Counted from the first letter of the stretch, positions 28,811 to 39,120 are shown. The stretch: 64,000 bases of DNA from a virus (IMGVR_UViG_2811995030_000001:64001-128000); one strand, 5' to 3'. Numbers and translations are program-made. Notes: generated by a model not told the origin, from the letters alone.

Positions 28811-30193
28811 ATGAAAAGTATGAAATTGGGAAGAGATTTTGAGGAAGTGTGTGAGGTTGTTACAGAAGCAATTCAAATGTATAAGAGAAACAGAAGAAGA
28901 TATCCTTTAGTTCAAGTAATTGCTGAAGACCTTACAAAGTACAGTGTGAACCCTAGTTACATTAGAGATATATTTAACAATCCAGAAGAAAAGCTAAGAG
29001 AAGTAGATAGAAAATTAGTTATTTTATTTATGGAAGCATTTTACAGACATGAACAAATTCAAGGCGTAGAACCAAGTTTATACTTTACAGAACCAGAGAT
29101 TAAAGAGGCTAAATTGTACGATGGCATGGAAGGTAGAAATGTTGATCTAGGCTTACCTTACACATTTAATCGTGCATTGCCAGCAGGAGTAGACGCTTAT
29201 TTAGCTACTGTTACTCCAAGTGATATTAAGAATTTAATGGATGGTCAGGATTTACATTATGATTTTGAAACTCAACGTGAAGCTGATTTCATTAAGACTC
29301 ACGAGGGGGTTCGTGCTGTTCCTAAGATTAACTCAAATAATATCGCTGAAATGGCAGATTTAATGGTTAAGGGAGAATTAATGCCAAGTACATTAGTTTG
29401 GAATGCTGCGGTAGGAACTTCAGATACAGGTGACGAATTAGTATACGATGTTAAATCTACATCTTTAACTATCCAAAGAGGAACAATTGTTAATAATTTA
29501 GACGGTTATCATCGTTGCAAAGCTACAGTAAGAGCGTTTGAGATTGATCCTGAGTTTGATAAGAAACATAGCTTTGTATTCTCTGTATTAGTTGTAAACT
29601 ATTCAACTAAACAAGCTCAAAAGTATTTAGCTCAACACGCTAAAGCTATGCCTATGTCAGTAACTCATGTTGAAATGTTGGATGCTGTACGTAGGGGTGA
29701 CGACATAATTAAACAATTGAGGAATGAATCTGACTTAGCAGGTCGTATTTCTACTAAAGAAAATGCTATGGTGTCAGTAGATCAATTAACAACTTATAAA
29801 GTATTAGTGGAAGCAATTGAAAAAGATTTCAAATTAGATAGTAAAATGAAGACAATTAAAGCTGGAGATTATTTAGTTAAATTCTTTACTTATTTATTAG
29901 GTGAATTTGAAGATGAGTTTACGAATAAATATCAAGAGACTAGAGAATATTCTTTTATAAATCATAGTTCGATGTTCGCTGGATACATTAGATTAGCAAG
30001 TAAAATGTATTATGAAGAAATTTCATTAGACAACTTAGAGAAAATAATTAATAGTATAGATTTTAGTAAAGACTCGGACAACTTTAAAGAATTAAATAAT
30101 GAAAAGAATCCAGAATCAGCTAAAGCACAACAAATATGCAGAGACTTTTTTGACAAATTAGATATAGAGAAATCGATAGGGGCGATTAAGTGA
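28811..30193 (+). CDS. yopQ: DGQHR/DndB-like domain protein, SPbeta YopQ-like
   Basis: YDFETQRE and NNLDGYHR motifs; synteny. Confidence 0.75.
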   Translation: MKSMKLGRDFEEVCEVVTEAIQMYKRNRRRYPLVQVIAEDLTKYSVNPSYIRDIFNNPEEKLREVDRKLVILFMEAFYRHEQIQGVEPSLYFTEPEIKEAKLYDGMEGRNVDLGLPYTFNRALPAGVDAYLATVTPSDIKNLMDGQDLHYDFETQREADFIKTHEGVRAVPKINSNNIAEMADLMVKGELMPSTLVWNAAVGTSDTGDELVYDVKSTSLTIQRGTIVNNLDGYHRCKATVRAFEIDPEFDKKHSFVFSVLVVNYSTKQAQKYLAQHAKAMPMSVTHVEMLDAVRRGDDIIKQLRNESDLAGRISTKENAMVSVDQLTTYKVLVEAIEKDFKLDSKMKTIKAGDYLVKFFTYLLGEFEDEFTNKYQETREYSFINHSSMFAGYIRLASKMYYEEISLDNLEKIINSIDFSKDSDNFKELNNEKNPESAKAQQICRDFFDKLDIEKSIGAIK

Positions 30194-31218
30194 TGACTGG
30201 TTTTTATAATGAGGGATTAAAACTAGCTTATATGCATCGTGAGGGTGCGCCAGAAAGTACAGAAGATATATATAAATCGGTATTCAGACGTTCTAAAGTA
30301 GAAGAGGAGCGTTTACAAAGAGACTTAAAGGATTTCACTAGGGATGATTTTCGTAATTTATTTCATTATTTAGAGCCATCAACCATACCTGCTGTAAGAA
30401 CATTGGCAAGTTTTATATCTAACTATGTAGAATGGACAATTGAAAACGGACATAGAACCAGTAGAGATAATCCGCTGAAGCCATTAGGAGACAGTTTTAT
30501 TGAGGCCGTAGTGTCTGGACATAAATTATATATAAATGAAGAAGAATTATTAGAAATTGAAGCTGATCCAAGAATTAGTTTTGCTAATAAAGTAATCCTT
30601 AGATTAATATGGGAAGGTGTTTTAGGTAAGGCTAATTCTGAATTATTGAATTTACACAAAGATGATATAGATTTTGATAAACGAATGTTGACTTTACGTG
30701 ATGATGATAAAGATATAGGTGAGAGAACTATACAAGTTAGTGAAAGATGTATTGAAATAATCAAAGCAGCATTGAATGAAGATAATTATACAATTACAAC
30801 GCCTAGAGGCAATAGAGATTTTGAATTGATAAATACAGGATATGTTATAAAGAAAACTACATTTGGTAAAGCATCTGCTGATACATCTGGTAAAGCAACT
30901 AAACAGGTAACAATGAGTCGATTAAAAGATGTGGCATATGGTCTAGAAATGAAATTCCTAACACCTACAAATGTAAGAAGATCAGGAATGATAAATATGG
31001 CTAAGAATTTATTTTTACGTGATGGAGAATTATCACCTGAACAATTTAGAGAAATATCTAAGCAATTTGGAATTAAGAAAATCAACAGAAGCTCAAATCC
31101 AAATGAAGTTAATATGGATTATAATTATTATTATACAGTAAAGGTGTTTACAACAAGAGACAACATTCTAAAGTTATATGGAATAGACATCGAGAAAGAA
31201 CCTTCTACTCAACAGTAA
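30190..31218 (+). CDS. mrpR: MrpR/YopR-like master repressor (degenerate tyrosine recombinase fold)
   Basis: LIWEGVLGKANSELLNL lacks the first catalytic Arg; TNVRRSGM lacks His; synteny. Confidence 0.8.
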   Translation: MMTGFYNEGLKLAYMHREGAPESTEDIYKSVFRRSKVEEERLQRDLKDFTRDDFRNLFHYLEPSTIPAVRTLASFISNYVEWTIENGHRTSRDNPLKPLGDSFIEAVVSGHKLYINEEELLEIEADPRISFANKVILRLIWEGVLGKANSELLNLHKDDIDFDKRMLTLRDDDKDIGERTIQVSERCIEIIKAALNEDNYTITTPRGNRDFELINTGYVIKKTTFGKASADTSGKATKQVTMSRLKDVAYGLEMKFLTPTNVRRSGMINMAKNLFLRDGELSPEQFREISKQFGIKKINRSSNPNEVNMDYNYYYTVKVFTTRDNILKLYGIDIEKEPSTQQ

Positions 31219-31224
31219 GCCAAA

Positions 31225-31250
31225 TAGCCCTCTTTAATATGGGAGGGCTA
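31225..31250 (+). terminator. hairpin after the mrpR-like gene
   Basis: TAGCCCTC/GAGGGCTA. Confidence 0.6.
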
Positions 31251-31572
31251 AAAATTTAATTTGTAAACAAAAATAAATTACAATTTTGTTGTAATTATTT
31301 GAAACTTAGAATATAATGAAATAAAGTAACTAAGTTACAAGAAGTGAAATGCTAGGAAACTAGGATAAAATTGTACATAATGTGAATAAATTTTCAAAAT
31401 TAGGTCTTGTGCGTGTTTTTCGACAAAAATAGACATGGCTACATTTAGTAAAATATAGTAAGATAGATAGAGAGCAAGATAGTCCATTCTAACTAAGAAC
31501 TACTCTCAATAGAGTAGTTGATGGTGAGCCGAAAGAATCCAAGTTATGGATTGCTAACGACTCGTAAACTTA

Positions 31573-31779
31573 CTATTCCCAACTATAGAGATCGTCAATC
31601 TGACAATCTAGCGCAAGAGAAATAGATTTAGCAGTAACAAGGCTCATCGACTTTCGGTTGTTTGAATAATCCGATATTCGCTGTTCGGACATGCCTGTTC
31701 GCTCTGCTAACCAACGAGCTGTTTTCTTGCGCTCCTTAAGCAAAATAGTAAGCCTACAGCGTCCTAGTTTGATGTTCAT
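31573..31779 (-). CDS. yopS: XRE HTH regulator, YopS-like
   Basis: LGRCRL...LAERTGMSEQRISDY...LDCQIDDLY; position after yopR-like gene. Confidence 0.75.
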   Translation of the reverse strand: MNIKLGRCRLTILLKERKKTARWLAERTGMSEQRISDYSNNRKSMSLVTAKSISLALDCQIDDLYSWE

Positions 31780-31932
31780 AGACGGCTCACCTCTTGCTCA
31801 ATACAACTGTTGAATAACAGTCACCCATCTATATTAGCAAAATGTACCGCATATGGAAAGTTTTTTGTGAGAGAGTTAAAGTTTAGGTATTTTAGTAGTT
31901 TATTGAAGAAAAATCGGGTATAATGTAAAATG

Positions 31933-31946
31933 AGAACTACTGTTCT
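31933..31946. promoter_or_regulatory. LexA (SOS/Cheo) box
   Basis: AGAAC-TACT-GTTCT just downstream of a TATAAT -10. Confidence 0.75.
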
Positions 31947-31978
31947 ATTTTGCTTCACTAAGAGGAGGAAGGCATCAA

Positions 31979-32293
31979 ATGGAAAAAAAGTTATACAGTG
32001 TAGGTGGGAGAATTACTATAGATTTTAGAATGATGGCTGAAACAATGACAGAAGAGCAAGCTAAAAAAGCAATTGAAAATCTTTTACTTATGGTGGAAGA
32101 AACTACATTAAGCACCAAGGCAGCAAACGAAGAGAGCTATAAGTTTGAGGTTTCTAATATAGAAGCAGAAGTGGAGTATGTAGAAGAAGAGCATTGGGTT
32201 GATGAAAGTCTTGAGGATTGTGACTACGTTAAAACATGTATTAATGGTACATGTATCGAAGGCACGTGTTCTTGTGATGAAAATAAAAAATGA
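31979..32293 (+). CDS. predicted SOS-regulated hypothetical protein (yopT position)
   Basis: RBS, SOS box, Cys-rich tail. Confidence 0.65.
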   Translation: MEKKLYSVGGRITIDFRMMAETMTEEQAKKAIENLLLMVEETTLSTKAANEESYKFEVSNIEAEVEYVEEEHWVDESLEDCDYVKTCINGTCIEGTCSCDENKK

Positions 32294-32565
32294 TCGCTAC
32301 TCTGACAAAGTAAGCGATCATAAAGATTTTATTGGTTATTCAAAAATTGAAATGAAATTTATTCCTAATTAAATAATAACATGAAATTACGTTGCATAGC
32401 AATTACAAAAGTGTTACAGTTTATTGTATTTTCGTGTACAGCAGTGTAAACCTGTGTAATACACCAGAGACTCTTCATAAATACTTGTTGAGTCTCTCTT
32501 TATATAGATAAGTCTATAGAGTAGAAGTTTTAAAAAAAATAAATAAAATAAATTATAAAAAAGTG

Positions 32566-32594
32566 TTGCAATGGAAAAAGATGCATGCTATATT
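32566..32594 (+). promoter_or_regulatory. phage early sigma-A promoter
   Basis: TTGCAA-17-TATATT with extended TG, flanked by AATAAAwTA boxes. Confidence 0.7.
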
Positions 32595-33229
32595 TGAATC
32601 AAGAAGAAGTTAACAAAAATAAAATACATTTGAGAGGTGAATGGAATGGTGTTTGATGAGGTAGTTGTTCAGCACATTAAAAGAAGCCTTAAAAAGTTAG
32701 ATCAAGAAGATTTACTTACACTTTCAGCTCAGATTGATAGCATGGTTGAAAAGAAAGAGAAAAATAGAAAGTATATGGAATCATACATAGAGGCCAGCTT
32801 AAAGGTAGGAGAATAAAATGTTAATAGTTGAGAAATTACATAAAGTCATAGAAGAGGCGCAGACGGCCTTAGAGTTAATTGAAAGTGGGAAGGTTAGAGA
32901 CAGCATTAAACACTTAGATGAAGTGAAAGATAGCAACTTTGCAGCTACTCATCTAGCTTGGATCATGGTTAAGGATGAGGAATAATTAAAGTCAAAAGAT
33001 TATTTTACATAGAAGAGGTGAAAGGCGATTAATGATAAAGATGGAGTTTTAGTTGGAATATGGAGAGAAGTTTTAAATATATTGGACGCTCACTACAAGG
33101 AATATCAAACACCAATGTCACTAGAGGATTTAATAAAAGCTTCAGGTGCTAAACAGGAGGAAACTAAACAAGAAATAGAAGGTGCTTATAATCTTTGGGT
33201 AGGAACGACACTTTAAGGAGGAATTAAAT

Positions 33230-33805
33230 ATGCAAGCATGGGAAGTATATAAGAACTTACAAGAAGGTAAACAAATGAGATTGAGAGGATGGGGAGATGG
33301 GGCATATATTGAGTTAAATGAAGATCTTGTAACATTTACAGACGAATCAGGTGTGACAGGTAATATTGATGCTTATCTAATTAATAGTGATGATTGGGAA
33401 TTTTACCACATTCCACGATTTGCTGTAGGAGATTTAATTACAGATGGTAGAGGTCGAATTATAGAAGTTTCAAAAGTCCACAAAATGAATGACGGCAGCT
33501 ACTTATACACTATTGCAAGCGACATACAGAAAGGCTGGAAGTATCCATTCGATGAATGGAGAAAAGCAACGAAAGAAGAGATTGAACAAGAAAAGGAAAA
33601 GCGTAAATGGGCTAAATGGGGTCGTGAAATAAATGAATTTAAAGAGACGGATATTGTTCTATTTAGACCTAAGCGCGAAGTATATGAAGTTGTAGACATC
33701 AAAGAGAATGGAATTGAAATTGCGCAGGGTTACAATTCTTTAATGATAGTGTCTTGTAAGGACTTGAAAATGATAGCGCCAAGAGAAAATCGGGTAGATT
33801 TGTAA
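33230..33805 (+). CDS. phage protein with an N-terminal DUF2829/Tad2-like segment and SH3-like repeats
   Basis: LQEGKQMRLRGW...LINSDDWEF. Confidence 0.5.
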   Translation: MQAWEVYKNLQEGKQMRLRGWGDGAYIELNEDLVTFTDESGVTGNIDAYLINSDDWEFYHIPRFAVGDLITDGRGRIIEVSKVHKMNDGSYLYTIASDIQKGWKYPFDEWRKATKEEIEQEKEKRKWAKWGREINEFKETDIVLFRPKREVYEVVDIKENGIEIAQGYNSLMIVSCKDLKMIAPRENRVDL

Positions 33806-33852
33806 TATCGGTAAATGCATTCTTTTACATAGAATTAAAAGGGGGAGAAATT

Positions 33853-34182
33853 ATGAAAGTGCTAACTAAGTATCCTGTAGTAAGTCAGAACGGTAATCAG
33901 TATAGAATAGATGCATGGGAAGATAAGTGGGGAACAGCTCATATTGAAGTGTTTGTATATTTAGGTAAGAGTAAAATATTCAAAAGAGATAAATTTAAAA
34001 GTGTGTACGGTGGAGATGAATATGGAACTGCATATGATGCTCCACGTTGGAAATATAATTATGTGGCTATGGCAAAAGATCAAGTGATAAGCTATGAGAA
34101 TTACTTGAAAAATATTGAAAGAAAAGCAACAGAGAGAAATGATGGAGTAAAGGAATTTAGTAAATGGGATGGTAAGTGTTAA
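33853..34182 (+). CDS. hypothetical protein
   Basis: GGGGAG RBS. Confidence 0.65.
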   Translation: MKVLTKYPVVSQNGNQYRIDAWEDKWGTAHIEVFVYLGKSKIFKRDKFKSVYGGDEYGTAYDAPRWKYNYVAMAKDQVISYENYLKNIERKATERNDGVKEFSKWDGKC

Positions 34183-34208
34183 ATAAATTATATATTGGAG
34201 TGATTTAA

Positions 34209-34463
34209 ATGCGCACAGATAATAAAGCTCTACTTGCGTTAGCTGATAAATTAATTGGAATTATGGAAGATTGTAATGATGAAAATACTTTTAAAAGATT
34301 GAATGATTTAATTGAAGAGTCACTAAAACAAGTAGAGGATGCAGTGTTGGCTGATACTTATGGTGATGTATTGATTGCTAGTGAAACAGGTAAAACGAAA
34401 ATGTATGAAGTACAAAGCACTGAGGAGATTTTTAAATTAGTAAATAAATTGGAGGAGTGTTAA
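34209..34463 (+). CDS. hypothetical protein
   Basis: GGAG RBS. Confidence 0.6.
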   Translation: MRTDNKALLALADKLIGIMEDCNDENTFKRLNDLIEESLKQVEDAVLADTYGDVLIASETGKTKMYEVQSTEEIFKLVNKLEEC

Positions 34464-34724
34464 GTGAAAATGCTCATTACAGAAGAAATGATTGACGGCT
34501 TTAATGATGTTATGGTTGATCTTAAAAGTCCTGTACGTTTAAAGATGTCGGAAACAATCAGAAGTGTTCATATCATTCTTAATAATGACGACTTTATTGA
34601 AAGCTATATTATTAATCTCAATAAAAAGTTTTATAGCTTATTGGAAGACTTCTTTAAGAATAACTGCGGATTAACTAAGATTGAATATAATAATACAGGT
34701 TCGGTGTTTTGGAGTTATGGATAA
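34464..34724 (+). CDS. hypothetical protein
   Basis: GGAGG RBS. Confidence 0.65.
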   Translation: MKMLITEEMIDGFNDVMVDLKSPVRLKMSETIRSVHIILNNDDFIESYIINLNKKFYSLLEDFFKNNCGLTKIEYNNTGSVFWSYG

Positions 34725-34736
34725 GGAGGCTATGAA

Positions 34737-34922
34737 ATGGATGGAGAAAAAGTAATTAAAGCTTTTCTTACCCTCAATGGATTCAAGTCTGTTTCTCTAA
34801 AAGATAAAGTGTTATGGATTCTATTTTATGTACCTTTTCTACTTGTGATTACATGGATACTTGTTGGTCAAGGATTATACATGCTGCTTAAGTGGATGAA
34901 AGGTAAGTTTGTATCTAAATAA
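34737..34922 (+). CDS. small membrane protein
   Basis: single hydrophobic helix; AGGAGG RBS. Confidence 0.6.
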   Translation: MDGEKVIKAFLTLNGFKSVSLKDKVLWILFYVPFLLVITWILVGQGLYMLLKWMKGKFVSK

Positions 34923-35002
34923 GATTATGGAATGAATAATGCTGTAAAATATACCTTTTATAGAGAATAAATAATAAATAAAGTTAAAAATGAGGTGAAT
35001 AT

Positions 35003-35449
35003 TTGAAGGATATTAAATATAAAGCATGGGATAACGTGGAAAATAAGATGTATTATGTTGGCGAAGAGGACGATATTCTCTTCACTCTTAATGACGGATA
35101 CATAGAAGCTGAGAAAATTATTGGATATAAAGATGAATATCCATTAGAAGCTGAAACTGAGAAGCTTGAGCATCTTCAGTACTTACAATACACAAACTTA
35201 GATGACACCAACGGAAATAAAATATATGAAAAGGATTTAGCTTATTATACTCTTCGCAGCAAAGGTAAAACTTTATTAACTGTTGTAGTTTACGATAGTC
35301 GAAAAGGTCATTATCTATACTGTCCAGTAGACTTATATAAGATTAATGCAGGTCATGGAAGCTATACTGGATTCGATCATCATTTAGGTGGAATTATTGA
35401 AGTAGTGGGTAGTTTATATGAGAAATCTGAGTTATTGGAGGTAGAATAA
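35003..35449 (+). CDS. yopX: YopX family protein
   Basis: IKYKAWD...LQYTNLDDTNGNKIYEKD...EVVGSLYE. Confidence 0.85.
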   Translation: MKDIKYKAWDNVENKMYYVGEEDDILFTLNDGYIEAEKIIGYKDEYPLEAETEKLEHLQYLQYTNLDDTNGNKIYEKDLAYYTLRSKGKTLLTVVVYDSRKGHYLYCPVDLYKINAGHGSYTGFDHHLGGIIEVVGSLYEKSELLEVE

Positions 35450-35874
35450 TGCATAAATTTAAACTCCCTATTGGAGATTGGTCAGATGACGGACATGGAA
35501 AATGTGATTATTATACTGTAATTTCTAATAAATCTGTAGAGGAAGTTAGAGATATTCATTTTCAAATTAAAGAAAAAACAGGTTTTGATATACATAAGAT
35601 TTGCAATAAATATGAAGAGGACACTGTTGACCTTGAGGAGCTAGAAGAGCTTGAGGAATTAGGATTTAGAATATCAGAAGAAAATATTAATAGAGAAGAA
35701 GGTATTGTTTCGATTTATTCTAGTGACTTAGCTGACTTGTGGATGTTCCTACTTATGAAAATTGATAATGACTTAGTGTTGAAACTTGAAGAGCCTATTC
35801 CGATGTTATCTTTCTTCGGATTTGATGAAAAGAAACGACATATTGATTTTGTAGGATACGGATGTTTTCAATAA
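35449..35874 (+). CDS. conserved phage protein
   Basis: IGDWSDDGHGK...GYGCF. Confidence 0.7.
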   Translation: MHKFKLPIGDWSDDGHGKCDYYTVISNKSVEEVRDIHFQIKEKTGFDIHKICNKYEEDTVDLEELEELEELGFRISEENINREEGIVSIYSSDLADLWMFLLMKIDNDLVLKLEEPIPMLSFFGFDEKKRHIDFVGYGCFQ

Positions 35875-35917
35875 TCTGTATATAACTAATCTTTCTTACA
35901 GAAATGGAGGAGTATAA

Positions 35918-36187
35918 ATGAAAACACCAGAACAGCTTATTCAAGAGGATAAGGTTGCTTTCTACGGAAGTTTTATCTCGTCAATGGTGTATATAAATGA
36001 GGCTGTTACGGAGGCAATTGAAGAGATGGTGGCCGTTGGATACGTCAGTGTAGAATCGGAGTCTATGGTGCAGAGAATTGAAGCTTTCGCTGATCTTTTA
36101 GGATATGAGTTAGAGGTTATGCCCGATGCTGATAGTGATGATTACTGGTATGATGTAGAAGTTGTTAATTGGCAGGTTAAATCATGA
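35918..36187 (+). CDS. hypothetical protein
   Basis: GGAGG RBS. Confidence 0.65.
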   Translation: MKTPEQLIQEDKVAFYGSFISSMVYINEAVTEAIEEMVAVGYVSVESESMVQRIEAFADLLGYELEVMPDADSDDYWYDVEVVNWQVKS

Positions 36188-36279
36188 GTAAATTGAGTAT
36201 TCAGAAGCCGTTAACCGATGAGCAAATACATAATATGCAGCAAGAAGAAAAGAAAAAGGAAGAAAATAGAGGTTGAATA

Positions 36280-37170
36280 ATTACATAAAAGTTGCATTTT
36301 ACAGGAAAATAAATAATATAAAATACATAAAAGGTGGAATATATTTGACAAAACAATTATTAGGAACTTTAGAGCTTGACCGTGTTTATCAAATGAATTG
36401 TTTAAATGGGATGAAGTTGATTTCTGATAACAGTGTAGATTTAACGGTTACGTCTCCACCCTATGATAATTTACGTAAGTATAATGGTTATTCGTTTGAT
36501 TTTGAATCTGTTGCTAATGAACTTTATAGAATTACTAGAAATGGGGGAATTGTGGTATGGGTTGTAAATGACTCTACTGTAAAAGGAAGTGAATCAGGTA
36601 CAAGTTTTAAGCAGGCATTGTTCTTTAAAGAAGTGGGCTTTAACCTCCATGACACAATGATTTACGCTAAAACAAACCCCATGCCCCTTACGCATAGTAG
36701 GTATGAACAACAGTTTGAATATATGTTTGTATTAGCTAAAGGAAAGCCGAATACATTTAACCCACTACTTAAAGAAAATAAAGATTTTGGGAAAATAAAA
36801 GGTGGAACATTTAGACACACGGGAGAAGAAACACAAGCAAAGCATAAGAAAAAAGAAACAAAAAAAGAAGGATACCGTAATAACATATGGTTTTATTCAG
36901 TTGGCAGAGGAGGTACAACAAACGATAAATTCGCTTTCAAGCATCCTGCCATGTTCCCTGAAAGATTAGCTGAAGATCATATTCTTAGTTGGAGTAATGA
37001 AGAAGACGTTGTGTTTGATCCATTTATGGGAAGTGGTACAACTGCGAAAATGGCATTGCTCAACAATAGAAGATATATTGGATTTGAAATATCAGAAGAA
37101 TACATAGAAATTGCTAATAAACGGTTAGATAACATAGAATTACAGATTACATAAAAGAAACATTTTACAG
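36280..37170. repeat. 25-bp direct repeats flanking the MTase gene
   Basis: ATTACATAAAAG-TTG-CATTTTACAG (36280) vs ATTACATAAAAG-AAA-CATTTTACAG (37146). Confidence 0.85.
36345..37154 (+). CDS. beta-class N4-cytosine/N6-adenine DNA methyltransferase
   Basis: TSPPY, HPAMFP and DPFMGSGTT; TTG start after AAGGTGG. Confidence 0.9.
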   Translation: MTKQLLGTLELDRVYQMNCLNGMKLISDNSVDLTVTSPPYDNLRKYNGYSFDFESVANELYRITRNGGIVVWVVNDSTVKGSESGTSFKQALFFKEVGFNLHDTMIYAKTNPMPLTHSRYEQQFEYMFVLAKGKPNTFNPLLKENKDFGKIKGGTFRHTGEETQAKHKKKETKKEGYRNNIWFYSVGRGGTTNDKFAFKHPAMFPERLAEDHILSWSNEEDVVFDPFMGSGTTAKMALLNNRRYIGFEISEEYIEIANKRLDNIELQIT

Positions 37171-37208
37171 TACATAAAAAAGGAGAGGCTTAGAAATAAG
37201 CCCCTTAC

Positions 37209-37499
37209 TTAACCTCTTGTTGATTTAAGATAATCATTAAAGCTACGTTGAGCAATAAGGAGCTTGTTTTCTGCATACTTTTGAGGATTGTTGTTTTCTA
37301 TAAATCCTTTAGATTTCTCTTCTCTAATAACGCCAGCTAACATATTGGCTACTCTACATAAGTGGTCAACGGTATCAAGTAAAAGTCTATCATTGTCACG
37401 ATGATCTGGATCAAATGCTTCATATTGAATATTATGCAATACATCTTGAATATTTTTCAATGAATCAATGGCAAATTTATCAACTGTTTTCTTTTCCAT
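37209..37499 (-). CDS. hypothetical protein
   Basis: GAGGTG RBS before MEKKTVDKF; convergent hairpin at 37180-37206. Confidence 0.65.
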   Translation of the reverse strand: MEKKTVDKFAIDSLKNIQDVLHNIQYEAFDPDHRDNDRLLLDTVDHLCRVANMLAGVIREEKSKGFIENNNPQKYAENKLLIAQRSFNDYLKSTRG

Positions 37500-37574
37500 T
37501 ATTATCACCTCAGATTTATACATATGCGTTAGGCAGGAAGTTAGAACAAATAAAATATAATAGGAGTGTTGTGA

Positions 37575-37853
37575 GTGCCGAGAATAATTGAAACTAATCT
37601 TAGTATGGTTAGAGATTTTATAAAGGATCATCAATCTAGAATCGTAGAGATTGATAGTTGGAATGAATATATACAAAAGATTAAAGAAAATCATCTCGAT
37701 CTGGAAAATAAAAGCAGGGACGGAACAATATTACCTATACCTATAGGAAGAAGAGCTTTTTGTTTAACTTTTGACGACTTTCATCTAAGTTTTATTAGCT
37801 ACAATTCTAGAAACCAGATGACTAAAACATTATCCTACTTAATCAGAGAATAA
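37575..37853 (+). CDS. hypothetical protein
   Basis: AGGAG RBS. Confidence 0.55.
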   Translation: MPRIIETNLSMVRDFIKDHQSRIVEIDSWNEYIQKIKENHLDLENKSRDGTILPIPIGRRAFCLTFDDFHLSFISYNSRNQMTKTLSYLIRE

Positions 37854-37888
37854 TATGAGGCAATATTCTATAGAGAAGGAGCTGTTGA

Positions 37889-38281
37889 ATGAATAAGAAA
37901 TGGTCTTTTATAATTGACAGAGAAGATTGGGGCAATGGTTTATTTAGTACAAAAGAAGATGCAATTATAGCAGGGCATAATCTCAATAACTACACTGATA
38001 AAATAGAAAATCATGAAGAGATTACTCATTTTCTTGTTGGGCAAATTACAGAACCAGAAATTAATTTTCATGTTGAAGCAGTCTTAAAAACAGTAGATGA
38101 AAATTACTTTGATGAATATGGAGAAGATGTAGACGGGTGGTATGAAGGAATCAGTGAGGAAGATGAGGAGATATTACAGAAGATGATGATGAAAACTTTT
38201 AAGGAATGGATAGAGAAAACAGATAATAAACCACGCTTTCGTATAGTTGAAAATATTGAGGTTATATTTTTGAAAAAATAA
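37889..38281 (+). CDS. conserved phage protein
   Basis: W...FSTKEDAI...VGQI. Confidence 0.7.
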   Translation: MNKKWSFIIDREDWGNGLFSTKEDAIIAGHNLNNYTDKIENHEEITHFLVGQITEPEINFHVEAVLKTVDENYFDEYGEDVDGWYEGISEEDEEILQKMMMKTFKEWIEKTDNKPRFRIVENIEVIFLKK

Positions 38282-38287
38282 ATTAAA

Positions 38288-38533
38288 ATGAGGGATGTCT
38301 ATATGAAAAATACAATAGAAAAAGGTACTCATATTAAAGTTAAACATATCCAATCAGGAGCAAGTCTAGAATATAGAGTGGTAATGGAGGTTGATGGTGA
38401 GACAAATTACTTTAGGCTCATAAATATAAGGTCGCTTCAAATTATGTCAAACTTTAAAACACTTAACCCTAATGAAGCATTGAATTATATCAAGAGTATG
38501 CTTAAGTGCAAAATTATTGAGGTTTCAAATTAA
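38288..38533 (+). CDS. hypothetical protein
   Basis: co-oriented ORF. Confidence 0.6.
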   Translation: MRDVYMKNTIEKGTHIKVKHIQSGASLEYRVVMEVDGETNYFRLINIRSLQIMSNFKTLNPNEALNYIKSMLKCKIIEVSN

Positions 38534-38576
38534 TACGAAAGCAATATTTTACTTTGTAAAATAAGGAGGAAATAAT

Positions 38577-38831
38577 GTGGAGAATAAATTAAAAGAAGTA
38601 AAAGAATTTCTGTTACAAGGAAAAGGCTATGATGTAAGCGATGTTGTAAATGATGCAACAGTAGAAACTTTTGATGAATTGTTTGAAGACTGGGATTTCT
38701 TCTCAGAAGACATTGATTTGAATTGGGGAGAAGACAGCCTTACAAACTTAGATAAATTCTCTAAAGTTTTTTGTCAGAAAGTTATTAAACAAGTTTGTAG
38801 CATTATTGATTCCTTTGAGGAAAAGGAGTGA
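38577..38831 (+). CDS. hypothetical protein
   Basis: AGGAGG RBS. Confidence 0.65.
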   Translation: MENKLKEVKEFLLQGKGYDVSDVVNDATVETFDELFEDWDFFSEDIDLNWGEDSLTNLDKFSKVFCQKVIKQVCSIIDSFEEKE

Positions 38832-38841
38832 TTGAATAGTA

Positions 38842-39120
38842 ATGAAAATCAGCATTAGGGCGCTAGATGGAGACATAAGTCAATATAAAGAGTTACTAGA
38901 AAAGAGCTTTGATTATGAAAGGCACTATAATGTCTATCATACAAAGTGGATTATGAGAACAGAGTATAAGCTTGATGAATTAAAGGATGTTGAAATTAAC
39001 ACAGTTAAAGAGCTATTTGATGCTTTTAAGGAGTTTGAAGGATATGCTTATGACGGCTGTCAGTTAGCAGTCAATATAGATGCGAATATTATTTATATAT
39101 TCAATAGAAGTGTTGAATAA
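38842..39120 (+). CDS. hypothetical protein
   Basis: RBS. Confidence 0.6.
   Translation: MKISIRALDGDISQYKELLEKSFDYERHYNVYHTKWIMRTEYKLDELKDVEINTVKELFDAFKEFEGYAYDGCQLAVNIDANIIYIFNRSVE

Noticed and set aside
28811-30193. Dnd phosphorothioation system
   Set aside because: Only a DndB-like domain is present, with no dndA/C/D/E; synteny indicates YopQ
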